Assembly: GCF_009601705.1 (NCBI RefSeq)
Contig: NZ_CP045687.1
Location: 2,469,320 to 2,501,319, forward strand
Origin: Saccharolobus sp. E5-1-F
Lineage (GTDB): Archaea; Thermoproteota; Thermoprotei_A; Sulfolobales; Sulfolobaceae
DNA length: 32,000 nt
Direction of reading: 5' to 3'
This document shows, piece by piece, positions 10,837 through 20,581 of this stretch. Position 1 is the first letter of the stretch. Every line of letters begins with the position of its first letter. The position numbers were made by a program, and so were the translations under genes. The notes beneath the pieces are model-generated. The model was not told the DNA's origin. It saw only the letters and a list, made by a program, of their open reading frames with translations, and made no database searches.

Positions 10837-11712
10837 ATGTTTCTAGATGATATTTTTGGACAACCCATTTCTTTCACAATGCTTATGGGGATTGCAGGGA
10901 TATCGATAGCGTCATACTATAGTAGATTAACCATAATATCACTATCCTCATTTGGAGTGTCAGTAGTATTATTAGCAGTGTTAATCTCCTTTTTTATCCT
11001 CAATTTGAAGCGAATAAAATACGAAATCGTTGACTTTCTGGCTATTATCTCCGGACTTACCTTATTTATTGGAAGACTGAGGCTATTCTATCCTTCACTC
11101 TTTTATCTGGTTCCCTTAGGAATATTATCGATCTTTTACCCTATAATAACGTATAAGGTGCTTAGGTCTTTAAAACAAGTCTCGTTTAAGTACCACTTAC
11201 TAGGAGTTTCAATTACGCTTCTCTCAATTGAACTACGTAGTTACCTACCTATCTTGTCTTTTATATTCGTAGTCGTCGGCATTTTAATGTACTTCACGGT
11301 AACTTCTCTTCTATTAAAGAGGATGATTAGGGAGAAGGATGTAATTAAGGTCATAGATGGTTCGACGTGGATTCAAATGGGATTACCCGCGTTGTTATCT
11401 TTTGCGATTAGCCCCTTTTCTAAGGTAGTGAGTTTAACTCTTTAGTATTTGGCTCTATCGTTACTACCTCTAGTAATACTAGCTAGTATAATTAAACTAA
11501 TTTTTATTGAGATTTCAATAAGGCAATTTCATCCATCCCTATGGTCAATAATATTTCCTCAGGCTGTTTTTTCGACCGATACGTTTAATTTAATAAGGGT
11601 ACATATTCTCGCTTTACCTATCTTATACCAAATCTCCTTATTTGTGTTGTTTTCAGCGTTATCTCTATTTCTACTATTTCTTTCCATTGCAATCTTTTCC
11701 GTTATAAGTTAA
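10837..11712 (+). pseudogene. Multi-pass membrane protein, possibly tellurite-resistance/dicarboxylate transporter (TDT)-like, interrupted by an in-frame TAG
   Basis: ORFs 10837-11445 and 11449-11712 are in the same frame, separated only by TAG at 11443-11445. Both halves are hydrophobic. The downstream half has FHPSLWSIIFPQAVFSTDTF, reminiscent of the TDT family. Confidence 0.6.
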
Positions 11713-11719
11713 TAGCTTC

Positions 11720-11911
11720 CTATTCTTGATTATCTTTTCTTTCCACATACCTCATAAAGAGAAATATACTTAATGCCCATAGAATGGATAGAAATAACAT
11801 TATATCTCCTATTACGTAATCTCCTACTATCTCTAATCCAATGCCAAGGGAGGCTAAAAAGATAACTCCAGATACTATGTACACTAGTTCCTCAAAATCC
11901 GGTTTTTCCAT
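11720..11911 (-). CDS. Small hypothetical membrane protein (63 aa)
   Basis: Open frame with two predicted TM segments; convergent with the preceding gene. Confidence 0.5.
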   Translation of the reverse strand: MEKPDFEELVYIVSGVIFLASLGIGLEIVGDYVIGDIMLFLSILWALSIFLFMRYVERKDNQE

Positions 11912-11954
11912 ATTTTTAATTTTAGTTTTAGGGCTTATAAAAACAAATTATTAA

Positions 11955-12815
11955 TCAGTATGATTTTAACAATCTCCTCTTCTTTTTGATATATCTTGAT
12001 AAAAGATACAAGTCTATTACAATGGTTATAATCATAGGCCAATACCATATCATTCCATAACCTACAACTTTACCTAGGTTGAATGAAAGACCATATCCGC
12101 TTATCCAACTATCAAAACTCATAACAAGTCTTCTGAAATCTTCCTTTTGCCTTATCACTCTAGCCATGAATATTCCAATTAACATCCCAGTTATCACAGC
12201 TGGTGAGGTGACTACAGCGTAGTAGATTACTTGGGAGCTAAAAACTCCTAAAGTAATGTAAGCACTAAAAGTTGTAATACTCTCTACTACTCTAAGTAGT
12301 GCTATAGCGAACTTAAACTCCTCTTTTGCCAACCCTTGATTATTAATTATAAGGGCTAAGGGTGGTCCACTTATTGTTGATACCCCATATAGGACACCTA
12401 CTGGAAAGGTTACTAAATATCCGACTTTTTTCCACTTATCTAAACTTATCTCCTTTCTAAAACCACTAGCTTGTAGTAGGATCAATGGTATAAGTAAGCT
12501 ATATACTATCACCTTTATCGCTGCTTCGTTTACGGAAATTTTTAGAACATATGCTCCTATTAAAGATCCTATAATTATTCCAGGGACTCCGTAAATGGTA
12601 ATTGTTAGGGATTTTTTAGTATAATTCCTAAAATTTAATAGAATATTAGCAACATTCTGAAAAATTTCTATAAAGTTTAATACTGGAGAGATTTGTCTAT
12701 TGGTATACCTTATGAGCAGTAACGGCGTTGCCGTGGCTGAAAATCCATATGCAAAGGCACCACTAGGTATGGAGGCGACGAAGAGAATTACTGACAAATA
12801 AATTAAGTCTAACAT
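11955..12815 (-). CDS. TauE/SafE-family membrane transporter (putative sulfite/sulfonate exporter)
   Basis: Repeated hydrophobic halves with GVPGIIIGSLIGAYV and PAVITGMLIGIFMA. Sits in a sulfur-assimilation operon. Confidence 0.8.
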   Translation of the reverse strand: MLDLIYLSVILFVASIPSGAFAYGFSATATPLLLIRYTNRQISPVLNFIEIFQNVANILLNFRNYTKKSLTITIYGVPGIIIGSLIGAYVLKISVNEAAIKVIVYSLLIPLILLQASGFRKEISLDKWKKVGYLVTFPVGVLYGVSTISGPPLALIINNQGLAKEEFKFAIALLRVVESITTFSAYITLGVFSSQVIYYAVVTSPAVITGMLIGIFMARVIRQKEDFRRLVMSFDSWISGYGLSFNLGKVVGYGMIWYWPMIITIVIDLYLLSRYIKKKRRLLKSY

Positions 12816-13120
12816 TAATCCTCAACCTTCAGACTTTTTATAACTTCCAACAAAGCTTCCTTGGGTTCAATCTTCTTTTCCGTAATTATCCTTAATATCT
12901 CGTTTTTGAAACTCTTAGGTAGAAGTTCTATCGACTTCGTAGTTGAAGAATCAACTTTCGCATTTGGAAACAACTTAACTATCTCTTCTACTATCTCTTG
13001 TTCCACATCTATCTCTATACGCTTCATCCCTCCCAATACTTCCTTTGCATAATTCAACCCTAACTCCTCTAATTTTCTACTCACTTCCTCACTAAGCCAA
13101 ATGTAGATTTTCATTTCCAT
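12815..13120 (-). CDS. Conserved-looking hypothetical protein, co-directional with sat and the TauE/SafE-like gene
   Basis: 101-aa ORF packed without gaps between sat and the TauE-like gene (immediately adjacent to sat, 1-nt overlap with the TauE-like ORF). Confidence 0.7.
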   Translation of the reverse strand: MEMKIYIWLSEEVSRKLEELGLNYAKEVLGGMKRIEIDVEQEIVEEIVKLFPNAKVDSSTTKSIELLPKSFKNEILRIITEKKIEPKEALLEVIKSLKVED

Positions 13121-14341
13121 TCACTCCAATATACTCCGTCTCTTCTCCAAGTATTCCTCTGTTACAAAAGGACTCCCAAACCCATATTCCTTTGCTGCTT
13201 TCATTAAAACATCATATACTTCTGGCCTCATTACCATCTTAGTCGGCTTTACCTCATCTAATATAATACTCCTTATTAAACTACCACTGAACTCCTGTTT
13301 CTCATCCTTGTGATCACAAAGTATCTCATTCTCTATACTCCCGCATCTTGGACAATAATAGTTTTCCCTTAAAAATATCGGCTTTATTAACAACTTGTCC
13401 TCATTAATGTAATCAAATATTTGGTGCGCCTCATAAGGCGAATAGTAATTCCCAACTCCAGCGTGATCTCTACCAAAGACGTGATGAGTACATCCTAAAT
13501 TACTCCTAATTATAGCGTGAAGTAAAGCCTCTCTAGGTCCAGCATACCTCATATCCCATAGGGTAAATGAAAGCAAGTGTACTTTCTTACTTATGTAACC
13601 GTATTTAGATAGTGCATCATGAGTTAAAATAATAGCCTCATCTATGTAATCGCCTATCCTCTTCTCCCCTATCACAACATTTACTAGAATACCCGTTCTA
13701 GGTTCATCAACTTTTTGATTCTCATTTGCAGCAAACCATGCGAATTTCATTAAGTATTCATGACCAGTATGAGGAACGTTCCTAGTCTGGAATGCAACTA
13801 TCTTTTTCCAACCTTTCTTCTCAAAAATTACCCTATGCATTTTAGGAGTTAACCAGAATTCCGAATATGGTGAAGTGAATTGTGGTTCCCTAATAAGCCA
13901 AACATCTCCCGCTAAGAAAGTGTCTGCGTAGCTTAATGTCCTTTTCACTCCAGGGTGCTTAATGTCTTTAGTCTTGTAGACTTTCTCTGCCATTTTCACC
14001 TTATCGTATTTGAAGATTTCTTTTATTTCCATGATTGCCAGTGGTTTTCCTAAATAAGTTATCCCTATAATATCTCCCTCCTTGATGTTCTCATTTTGAT
14101 CGTAATCAAATACTATTGGTATTGGCCATAACACGTCGTTTGGTAATCTCATCTTTTCCACAACGGAATCTACTTCTTCGTAATTCATAAAACCCTTTAA
14201 TGGAGATAAGAAACCATAAGCTATACTTACTATCTCATGGGCCAACTGTCTTTTTACTTGAATTTCTTGCAGTTCTTCAAAGTCTGGAACCCTTTTTATT
14301 CTCTCAACTATCTCAACCTTGCCGTGCCCTATTAGGTTCAC
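13121..14341 (-). CDS. sat: Sulfate adenylyltransferase (ATP sulfurylase)
   Basis: VAFQTRNVPHTGHEYLMKFA, LLHAIIRSNLGCTHHVFGRDHAGVG, YYCPRCGS...C. GTG start at 14341. Confidence 0.95.
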   Translation of the reverse strand: MNLIGHGKVEIVERIKRVPDFEELQEIQVKRQLAHEIVSIAYGFLSPLKGFMNYEEVDSVVEKMRLPNDVLWPIPIVFDYDQNENIKEGDIIGITYLGKPLAIMEIKEIFKYDKVKMAEKVYKTKDIKHPGVKRTLSYADTFLAGDVWLIREPQFTSPYSEFWLTPKMHRVIFEKKGWKKIVAFQTRNVPHTGHEYLMKFAWFAANENQKVDEPRTGILVNVVIGEKRIGDYIDEAIILTHDALSKYGYISKKVHLLSFTLWDMRYAGPREALLHAIIRSNLGCTHHVFGRDHAGVGNYYSPYEAHQIFDYINEDKLLIKPIFLRENYYCPRCGSIENEILCDHKDEKQEFSGSLIRSIILDEVKPTKMVMRPEVYDVLMKAAKEYGFGSPFVTEEYLEKRRSILE

Positions 14342-14364
14342 AGTCTTAATCTTGTTAAGGGTAA

Positions 14365-14378
14365 GCTTATATATTTAG
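14365..14378 (-). promoter_or_regulatory. BRE/TATA element of the sat promoter
   Basis: Minus strand CTAAATATATAAGC, about 25-35 nt upstream of the GTG start. Confidence 0.65.
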
Positions 14379-14383
14379 CTATT

Positions 14384-14400
14384 TGTGCAAATTTTGCACA
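14384..14400. promoter_or_regulatory. Palindromic putative operator TGTGCAAATTTTGCACA in the sat/cysH divergent region
   Basis: Perfect 8-bp inverted repeat around a 1-nt centre. A related element lies upstream of the rhodanese gene with identical spacing to TATA. Confidence 0.65.
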
Positions 14401-14439
14401 TATCGAAACACTAAAGTATTAATATTTTACTTGATTATT

Positions 14440-15162
14440 ATGATGCTTAGCAAAGAGGAGTTAGACTCTCTGAACAAATGGTTTGAAGATAGGGAACCTC
14501 TAGAAGTAATAAAATGGGGAATTGAGAAATTTCATCCTAAAATAGTCCTAGCATGTAGTCTTCAAGCTGAAGATTTGGTAATATTGGACATGTTGAGTAA
14601 GGTGGTTGAAAACCCAAGGGTTTTCATAATAGATACTGGCAGACTTCATCAAGAGAGTTATGATTTAATAGAAGAGATAAACAAAAAATACAACATAGAT
14701 TTGCGGATATATTTTCCAGACTATAAAGAGGTGGAAGCTCTAGTTAATAAACATGGTATAAATCTGTTTTATAAAAGCGTTGAACTTAGAAAAGCATGCT
14801 GTGAAGTGAGGAAAGTTTTACCCCTCAAGAGAGCGTTAGAGGGAATGCATGCTTGGATAACTGGGCTAAGAAGAGAGCAAAACTTTACGAGAGGAGGAAT
14901 AAAGAAAATAGAAATTGATGAGGTTAATGGAGGTATATTTAAGTTAAACCCCTTGGCTAACTGGACATGGGAACAAGTATGGGAGTATATAAAGAAAAAC
15001 AACGTACCTTACAATAAACTCTACGATAAGGGCTATAAGAGTATAGGATGTGTACCATGTACTAGACCAGTGAAACCTTGGGAGCATCCAAGAGCTGGTA
15101 GATGGTGGTGGGAGCAGAATAGTGATAAGGAATGTGGGCTTCATTATAGAGAGGTGAAGTGA
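14440..15162 (+). CDS. cysH: Phosphoadenylyl/adenylyl-sulfate (PAPS/APS) reductase, 4Fe-4S-cysteine type
   Basis: DTGRLHQESY, ACCEVRKVLPL, HAWITGLRREQ, GCVPCTRPVKPWEHPRAGRWWWE, ECGLH; the CC and CxxC pairs are typical of APS-type enzymes. The ORF-track start at 14383 would overlap the operator; ATG 14440/14443 is more likely. Confidence 0.93.
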   Translation: MMLSKEELDSLNKWFEDREPLEVIKWGIEKFHPKIVLACSLQAEDLVILDMLSKVVENPRVFIIDTGRLHQESYDLIEEINKKYNIDLRIYFPDYKEVEALVNKHGINLFYKSVELRKACCEVRKVLPLKRALEGMHAWITGLRREQNFTRGGIKKIEIDEVNGGIFKLNPLANWTWEQVWEYIKKNNVPYNKLYDKGYKSIGCVPCTRPVKPWEHPRAGRWWWEQNSDKECGLHYREVK

Positions 15163-17051
15163 AGATTCCCATAGAGCCCAATTTTAGAACTGATCCCAAC
15201 GATTACAGTGAGGAAGAGAAAGTAAAGTTGAAAACTAAGGGATTAACTGAAGATACAATAGGAATATATTCGTCGTTTCACGACTTAACTAGAGACGATC
15301 TTGAGAAGGAAGTATCTTTGATAGCCAAAAGTTTCGGAATATACATGGAATTTAATAGGGACAAGATGAAATCAAATGGAGTCAAAGATTGGATTTACAT
15401 GGTAAGGCTACCAATTCCCGGAGGAGGTCCAATAAGACCTAATCAATGGAGAATTTTAGATGATATTTCGAACAAGTATACGATATCAGATGCATATACT
15501 GGAAATCCTTTACCTTCTCTAAAACTAACCACGAGACAGGCTATTCAATTTCACCATGTGAAGAAAAAGGATTTACCTAACCTTATTAGAGAGATTGCGG
15601 AATCCGGATTTCTCACCATAAATGGCTGTGGTGATAATATAAGGAATACTATAGCTTGTCCACTCTCTAGGTACTGGATTTTTGACGCAAATTCACTGGC
15701 TAGAAAAATTGCCAATTACTTTAGATTACCTTTAGATTTGTATCTTCAAGTCTTTGAAATACCTCTAACAGAAAATATACAATTTGAAAGAGAATCTTTC
15801 AAATATAGTGAAAATCTTTTACCAAGAAAGTTTAAGATCGCCATAGTAGGGGTTTTAAGAACAATTAATGGAAAGTACATAATTGATAACTGTGTTGAAG
15901 TCAGAGCCAATGATATAGGCATAGCACCTTTAATAAATGACGACAAAGTAGTAGGTTATCAAATATACGTTGGCGGATCAATGGGTGAGAATAACTCTTA
16001 TCCCACTTTTTCAGCTCTTGGACTTCCAATTGGTACTGTGGTAAATGATGGGGAGTTATTGAGAGTATTGGATGCAATTGTGAGAATACAGGAGGAGTGG
16101 GGAGATAGGAAGAATAGGCATTGGGCTAGGTTTAAGTACGTTGTATATAAGATGGGATTGGAGTGGTTGAGGGATAGAGTGAGAGAATACTCTGGAATAC
16201 AGTTGGGAAAAATAGCTAACGTAAACCTTACGCATAGGGAATTGCATTTAGGATGGATAGATTTAGGTGATAATAAGTGGGCCTACGGTATTTTCGTTGA
16301 AAACGGTAGGCTGATAGATGGCAAAAACGGTAGGATAAAAAGTATGGTCAGATATATTGCAGATAACTTTGATAACGTGATGTTTTATATAACTCCAAAT
16401 CAACATCTGTTAATTACTGAAATAGACCAGTCTCAGAAGGAGAAAATCGAGGCGATACTAAAGGAGTTCAATTACGGCTTTAGAGACGGTAAACCATATT
16501 CCAATTTAAGAATTAACTCAATAGCATGTGTAGGATTTCCAACATGTAAATTATCCTTTACTGACTCTGAAAGATTCCTTCCAGGTCTAATTGACGAGTT
16601 GGAGAGAAGAGGTTGGAAAGATATTCAAATCTCAATAGGATTGTCTGGTTGTGTAGCTCAGTGTTCAAGACCTGCTCTTCATCCCATAAGTTGGGTAGGT
16701 AGTGGTTATGAGCTTTACATGTTGAAGATAGGTGGAGGGAATGGGAGTTTAGGAGAACCATTAATTGACTGGGATGAAAATTCTATTTACCTATATCAAG
16801 TTCCGTCCAATAGGTTAGCTGATGTGACTGAAGCATTATTTGAATTATACGAGAAAAACAAGGATTTAAGTGAAGACCCCGGTGAGGTATTCAGATTACT
16901 AGGTAATAAGAAGATAATTGAGTGGTTGAAGAGTCACGAAAAGACTAAAGACCTTATGAAACCTCATAAGTTTGATAGAAAGATTGAGGGTTATAGGGAA
17001 TATCACAATTTGTTACAAAAACGTTTAGAGGAGGTGAATGCGTACGGGTAA
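15159..17051 (+). CDS. Sulfite/nitrite reductase family protein, siroheme and 4Fe-4S type (putative assimilatory sulfite reductase)
   Basis: CVGFPTC and GCVAQCSRP cluster/siroheme cysteine motifs, ITEIDQ, operon context; GTG start overlaps the cysH stop. Confidence 0.92.
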   Translation: MKIPIEPNFRTDPNDYSEEEKVKLKTKGLTEDTIGIYSSFHDLTRDDLEKEVSLIAKSFGIYMEFNRDKMKSNGVKDWIYMVRLPIPGGGPIRPNQWRILDDISNKYTISDAYTGNPLPSLKLTTRQAIQFHHVKKKDLPNLIREIAESGFLTINGCGDNIRNTIACPLSRYWIFDANSLARKIANYFRLPLDLYLQVFEIPLTENIQFERESFKYSENLLPRKFKIAIVGVLRTINGKYIIDNCVEVRANDIGIAPLINDDKVVGYQIYVGGSMGENNSYPTFSALGLPIGTVVNDGELLRVLDAIVRIQEEWGDRKNRHWARFKYVVYKMGLEWLRDRVREYSGIQLGKIANVNLTHRELHLGWIDLGDNKWAYGIFVENGRLIDGKNGRIKSMVRYIADNFDNVMFYITPNQHLLITEIDQSQKEKIEAILKEFNYGFRDGKPYSNLRINSIACVGFPTCKLSFTDSERFLPGLIDELERRGWKDIQISIGLSGCVAQCSRPALHPISWVGSGYELYMLKIGGGNGSLGEPLIDWDENSIYLYQVPSNRLADVTEALFELYEKNKDLSEDPGEVFRLLGNKKIIEWLKSHEKTKDLMKPHKFDRKIEGYREYHNLLQKRLEEVNAYG

Positions 17052-17739
17052 GGTAGTTTTAGTAGGTGCTGGCCCCGGTGATCCCGAACTAATAACATTA
17101 AAGGGTATTAAATATTTACAAATGGCTGATGTAATTGTTTACGATAAGTTAGTGTCCAGAGAACTTATTAATTACGCTAAGCCGTCCAGCATTGCGATAC
17201 TCCTTAGTAACGATGATACTGAAGTTGATTTGTTGAGAAAGTACGCTTTGGAAAATAAACTAGTAATAAGACTAAAGAATGGAGATCCTTACATATTTGG
17301 AAGAGGTGGAAAAATTTGTCAAGAGTTAATTAAAGACGGTATAGAGTGCGAGGTAGTACCTGGAGTTTCATCAGTTAACTCAGTTCCTGCATACGCTGGA
17401 ATTCCGCTTACTTTTAACGGAATCTCAGATATGATAACAATCGTAAGTGCTGTCTCACAAGGTGGGAAACTCTTTGACTTTCAAAAAATTCCAGATTATG
17501 GTACTCTAGTAGTTTTAATGGGAGGTAAAAGATTAGAGGAGGTGAGTAAAGGATTGATGATTAAGAGAGATTCTTCAGAAGATGTAGCAGTTATAGAGAG
17601 GGGAACTTATCTGGATCAGAAGGTATACGTCAATAAATTAGGGAAGATAGCTGAAATTGGTAATAATCTAGCTACTCCTTCCATGCTGGTCTTAGGAAAC
17701 GTTGTGAGATTAAGAGAGATTTTATGGAAATTTAGTTGA
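17038..17739 (+). CDS. cobA: Uroporphyrinogen-III C-methyltransferase (siroheme biosynthesis)
   Basis: VGAGPGDPELITLKGIKYLQMADVIVYDKLVS, RLKNGDPYIFGRGG, PGVSSVNSVPAYAGIPLTFNG. Confidence 0.93.
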   Translation: MRTGKVVLVGAGPGDPELITLKGIKYLQMADVIVYDKLVSRELINYAKPSSIAILLSNDDTEVDLLRKYALENKLVIRLKNGDPYIFGRGGKICQELIKDGIECEVVPGVSSVNSVPAYAGIPLTFNGISDMITIVSAVSQGGKLFDFQKIPDYGTLVVLMGGKRLEEVSKGLMIKRDSSEDVAVIERGTYLDQKVYVNKLGKIAEIGNNLATPSMLVLGNVVRLREILWKFS

Positions 17740-17786
17740 TTATTTGTTTAGAAACTCCTTTATTCTTATTTTTAAATTTTTTGTTA

Positions 17787-17802
17787 AGTGCCAAATTTGC
17801 AC
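17787..17802. promoter_or_regulatory. Palindrome-like putative operator AGTGCCAAATTTGCAC upstream of the rhodanese gene
   Basis: GTGC(C)AAATTTGCAC followed by ACATATGAATAGATATATAAC; shares TTGCACA-N10-TATATAA with the sat promoter. Confidence 0.6.
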
Positions 17803-17857
17803 ATATGAATAGATATATAACTTACGGATAAAGAAAAATAATTAAGGGGAGTGAAAA

Positions 17858-18739
17858 ATGAGTCAAGTACAAGAACAACAAGTAATAGTAGATAATAAGT
17901 GGGTGTTAGATCATTTAAAAGATGAGAGAGTTAGAATAGTGGAAGTAGACTATGATCCAAATACTGCTTATAATGTATGGCATATTCCCGGAGCAGTTCT
18001 TATAAGGTGGAGAGAAGACTTAAGACATCCAGTCTTAAGGGACTTCATAGAACCTAGTCAGTTTGAGAAGTTAATGGAGTCAAAGGGAATAAGTAATAAC
18101 ACAACTATAGTGCTATATGGTGATTATAATAACTGGTTTGCAGTTTATGCATTCTGGTTGTTTAAGTCTTACGGTCATGACGATGTTAGAATTTTAAATG
18201 GCGGTAGAACTAAATGGGCTAAGGAGAATTTACCTACAGAACAAGGAGCAAAAGAACCTCAATACCCTAAAGGTAGTTATAAGGTTAAGAAGGTAGATTG
18301 GGGTAGTCATAGGGCTTTCTTCTGGGAAGTTCTTCAGAAGATAACTAAGGGTGAAGTCGGTAAAACTACTATACTAGTTGACGTTAGGTCTCCCAAAGAG
18401 TACACAGGTGAAATTAGAGCTCCTCCAGAATATGCTGATGAACAAACTCAAGTAGGTGGGCATATACCAGGAGCAGTGAGTTTTCCATGGGCTCAAGCTG
18501 TTAACCCAGATACTGGTGAGTTCAAGTCTATAGAGGAGTTAAGAAGATTGGTTGAGAGCGCTGGTATAACTCCGGACAAGGAGATAATTACGTATTGTAG
18601 AATAGGAGAGAGAGCTTCGCATACTTGGTTCGTTCTAAAGTACCTATTGGGATATCCAGCTGTTAGAGTATATGATGGCTCTTGGGCAGAATGGGGAAAT
18701 ATCGTAGGAGCTCCCGTGAAGAAAGGAGCTGAACCATGA
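17858..18739 (+). CDS. Rhodanese-type thiosulfate/3-mercaptopyruvate sulfurtransferase
   Basis: Two rhodanese domains; VDVRSPKEYTGE, GHIPGAVSFPWAQAVN, active loop CRIGERASHTWFVL. Confidence 0.93.
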   Translation: MSQVQEQQVIVDNKWVLDHLKDERVRIVEVDYDPNTAYNVWHIPGAVLIRWREDLRHPVLRDFIEPSQFEKLMESKGISNNTTIVLYGDYNNWFAVYAFWLFKSYGHDDVRILNGGRTKWAKENLPTEQGAKEPQYPKGSYKVKKVDWGSHRAFFWEVLQKITKGEVGKTTILVDVRSPKEYTGEIRAPPEYADEQTQVGGHIPGAVSFPWAQAVNPDTGEFKSIEELRRLVESAGITPDKEIITYCRIGERASHTWFVLKYLLGYPAVRVYDGSWAEWGNIVGAPVKKGAEP

Positions 18740-18987
18740 AGATCATAGAGAAAGTTAAACTAGATAAATTGGACTCTTGTGGATCCAGAAGCCCATTATC
18801 GATAATGCTAGATGTGATTAGGAAAATTAAAGAGTGTGATGAAGGTGTTGAAATTTTAATTAATGACTATGATTGGCTACTAAGCCTAAAATACGTTCTG
18901 AAAATTAATGACCTTAAAATGAAAATTGAGGAAAAGGGTAAGGAAGATAATTTTTTAAAGTTAGAGGTATCAAGGGATTGTACATAA
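18736..18987 (+). CDS. Small TusA-like (SirA fold) hypothetical protein
   Basis: 83-aa ORF overlapping the rhodanese stop by 4 nt. Pattern LDSCGSRSPLSIMLDVIRKIKECDEGVEILIND resembles a TusA layout but without the CPxP motif. Confidence 0.6.
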   Translation: MKIIEKVKLDKLDSCGSRSPLSIMLDVIRKIKECDEGVEILINDYDWLLSLKYVLKINDLKMKIEEKGKEDNFLKLEVSRDCT

Positions 18988-19055
18988 ATTTAATATTTTT
19001 TATATAAACTTTTTTCTACATAAAGTTTAAATTATCCCATTAACAGTATTTAACT

Positions 19056-20155
19056 ATGAAAAGATTAGTCGTAGTAGGAGGAGGAAATGCAGGGACGTTA
19101 ATAGCAAATCTGCTAGCAGGAAAATTAGAAATCATAGTAATAGAACCAAATGAATACCACACTTATCAACCTGGATTAGTAGATTACATTACTGGGGAGG
19201 TTGATGAGACTAAAATACAAATGCCTAATAGGTCATTGTTAAAACCATCAGTAAAAATAGTAAAGAGTAAAGCTACTAAAATAATACCAGAAAATAGAGC
19301 TGTAGTAACCGAAGACGGAAAAGTATATGAGGGCGATTATTTAGTAATAGCAACAGGAGGTCAAAATAAACACATATATAATTTAAGGGGATACCATGGA
19401 ATTGATGAAGCTAGGGCAATTAGAAATGATGTTATAAATCCGAAAGGAAAGAACTTCGTTATTGGATCACTTCCCGGAATAATAAAGTGTCCAGCTGCTC
19501 CATGGGAATTATCCTTTTTGATAAAGAGGAAATACCCAGATGCTAATGTTAATGTAATAGTTCCAGCTAAACAACCACCACCATTACAAGTTCCAATGTC
19601 AAATATATTCAATAAGAAGGCTAACGAATTAGGAATAAAAGTCTACAAAGGTTTTGTAATACAAGAGGTAAATCATAACGAGAAATACGTAGTATCAACT
19701 GAGGGGGAAAAGATTCCTTTTGATCATTTGATCATAGATACGCCTATCTCAACTGGCTTTAGTGAGTTAGCTGATAAGTCTGGATTAATTCCAGTTGATA
19801 AGAACAATTTAACTTATAAGGATGGTGTCTTCGTGGTCGGTGATGCCAATAATACCCCAACACCTAAAACCGGTGCGGCTGCACATTTTCAAGCTGAGGT
19901 TGTTGCAAATAATATACTAGCTGAGATAGAGGGAAATAGGAATAAAGAGAGTTACGACGGTACTGCAATGTGTGCTGTTTACTCAGGGGCAAATGAAGGT
20001 ATATTAGTTTGGTTAAACTACGAGAAGAGCAAGGTCTTAGGGCCTACATTAGTTTATCGGTATATGAAAAAAGCGTTTACTAGCTTATATTGGGCCAGTT
20101 TAAGTGGTGGAGTGGACTTTATGCTAAAGCCTTTAGTTGAGTCCATTCGGAAGAA

Positions 20156-20159
<4 letters not shown>
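19056..20159 (+). CDS. Sulfide:quinone oxidoreductase-like FAD-dependent pyridine nucleotide-disulfide oxidoreductase
   Basis: [18 protein letters not shown] dinucleotide-binding motif, [49 protein letters not shown]. Confidence 0.85.
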
Positions 20160-20500
<341 letters not shown>

Positions 20501-20581
20501 ATATAACTTATATTCTTTAATTTGATAAAGTTTAAATCATCATTATAAATAAAAATGAGTTATAAGATTATCATATCTTTT

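Noticed and set aside
12861-13052. Forward 63-aa ORF
   Set aside because: Antisense to the packed 101-aa gene in the sat operon.
14769-15144. Two reverse-strand ORFs (77 and 66 aa)
   Set aside because: Antisense to the APS/PAPS reductase gene, no motif.
15746-16761. Three antisense ORFs within the sulfite reductase gene
   Set aside because: The sense gene has clear family motifs; antisense translations are uninformative.
19361-19612. Reverse 83-aa ORF within the SQR-like gene
   Set aside because: Antisense to a strongly supported flavoprotein; hydrophobic by codon mirror effect.
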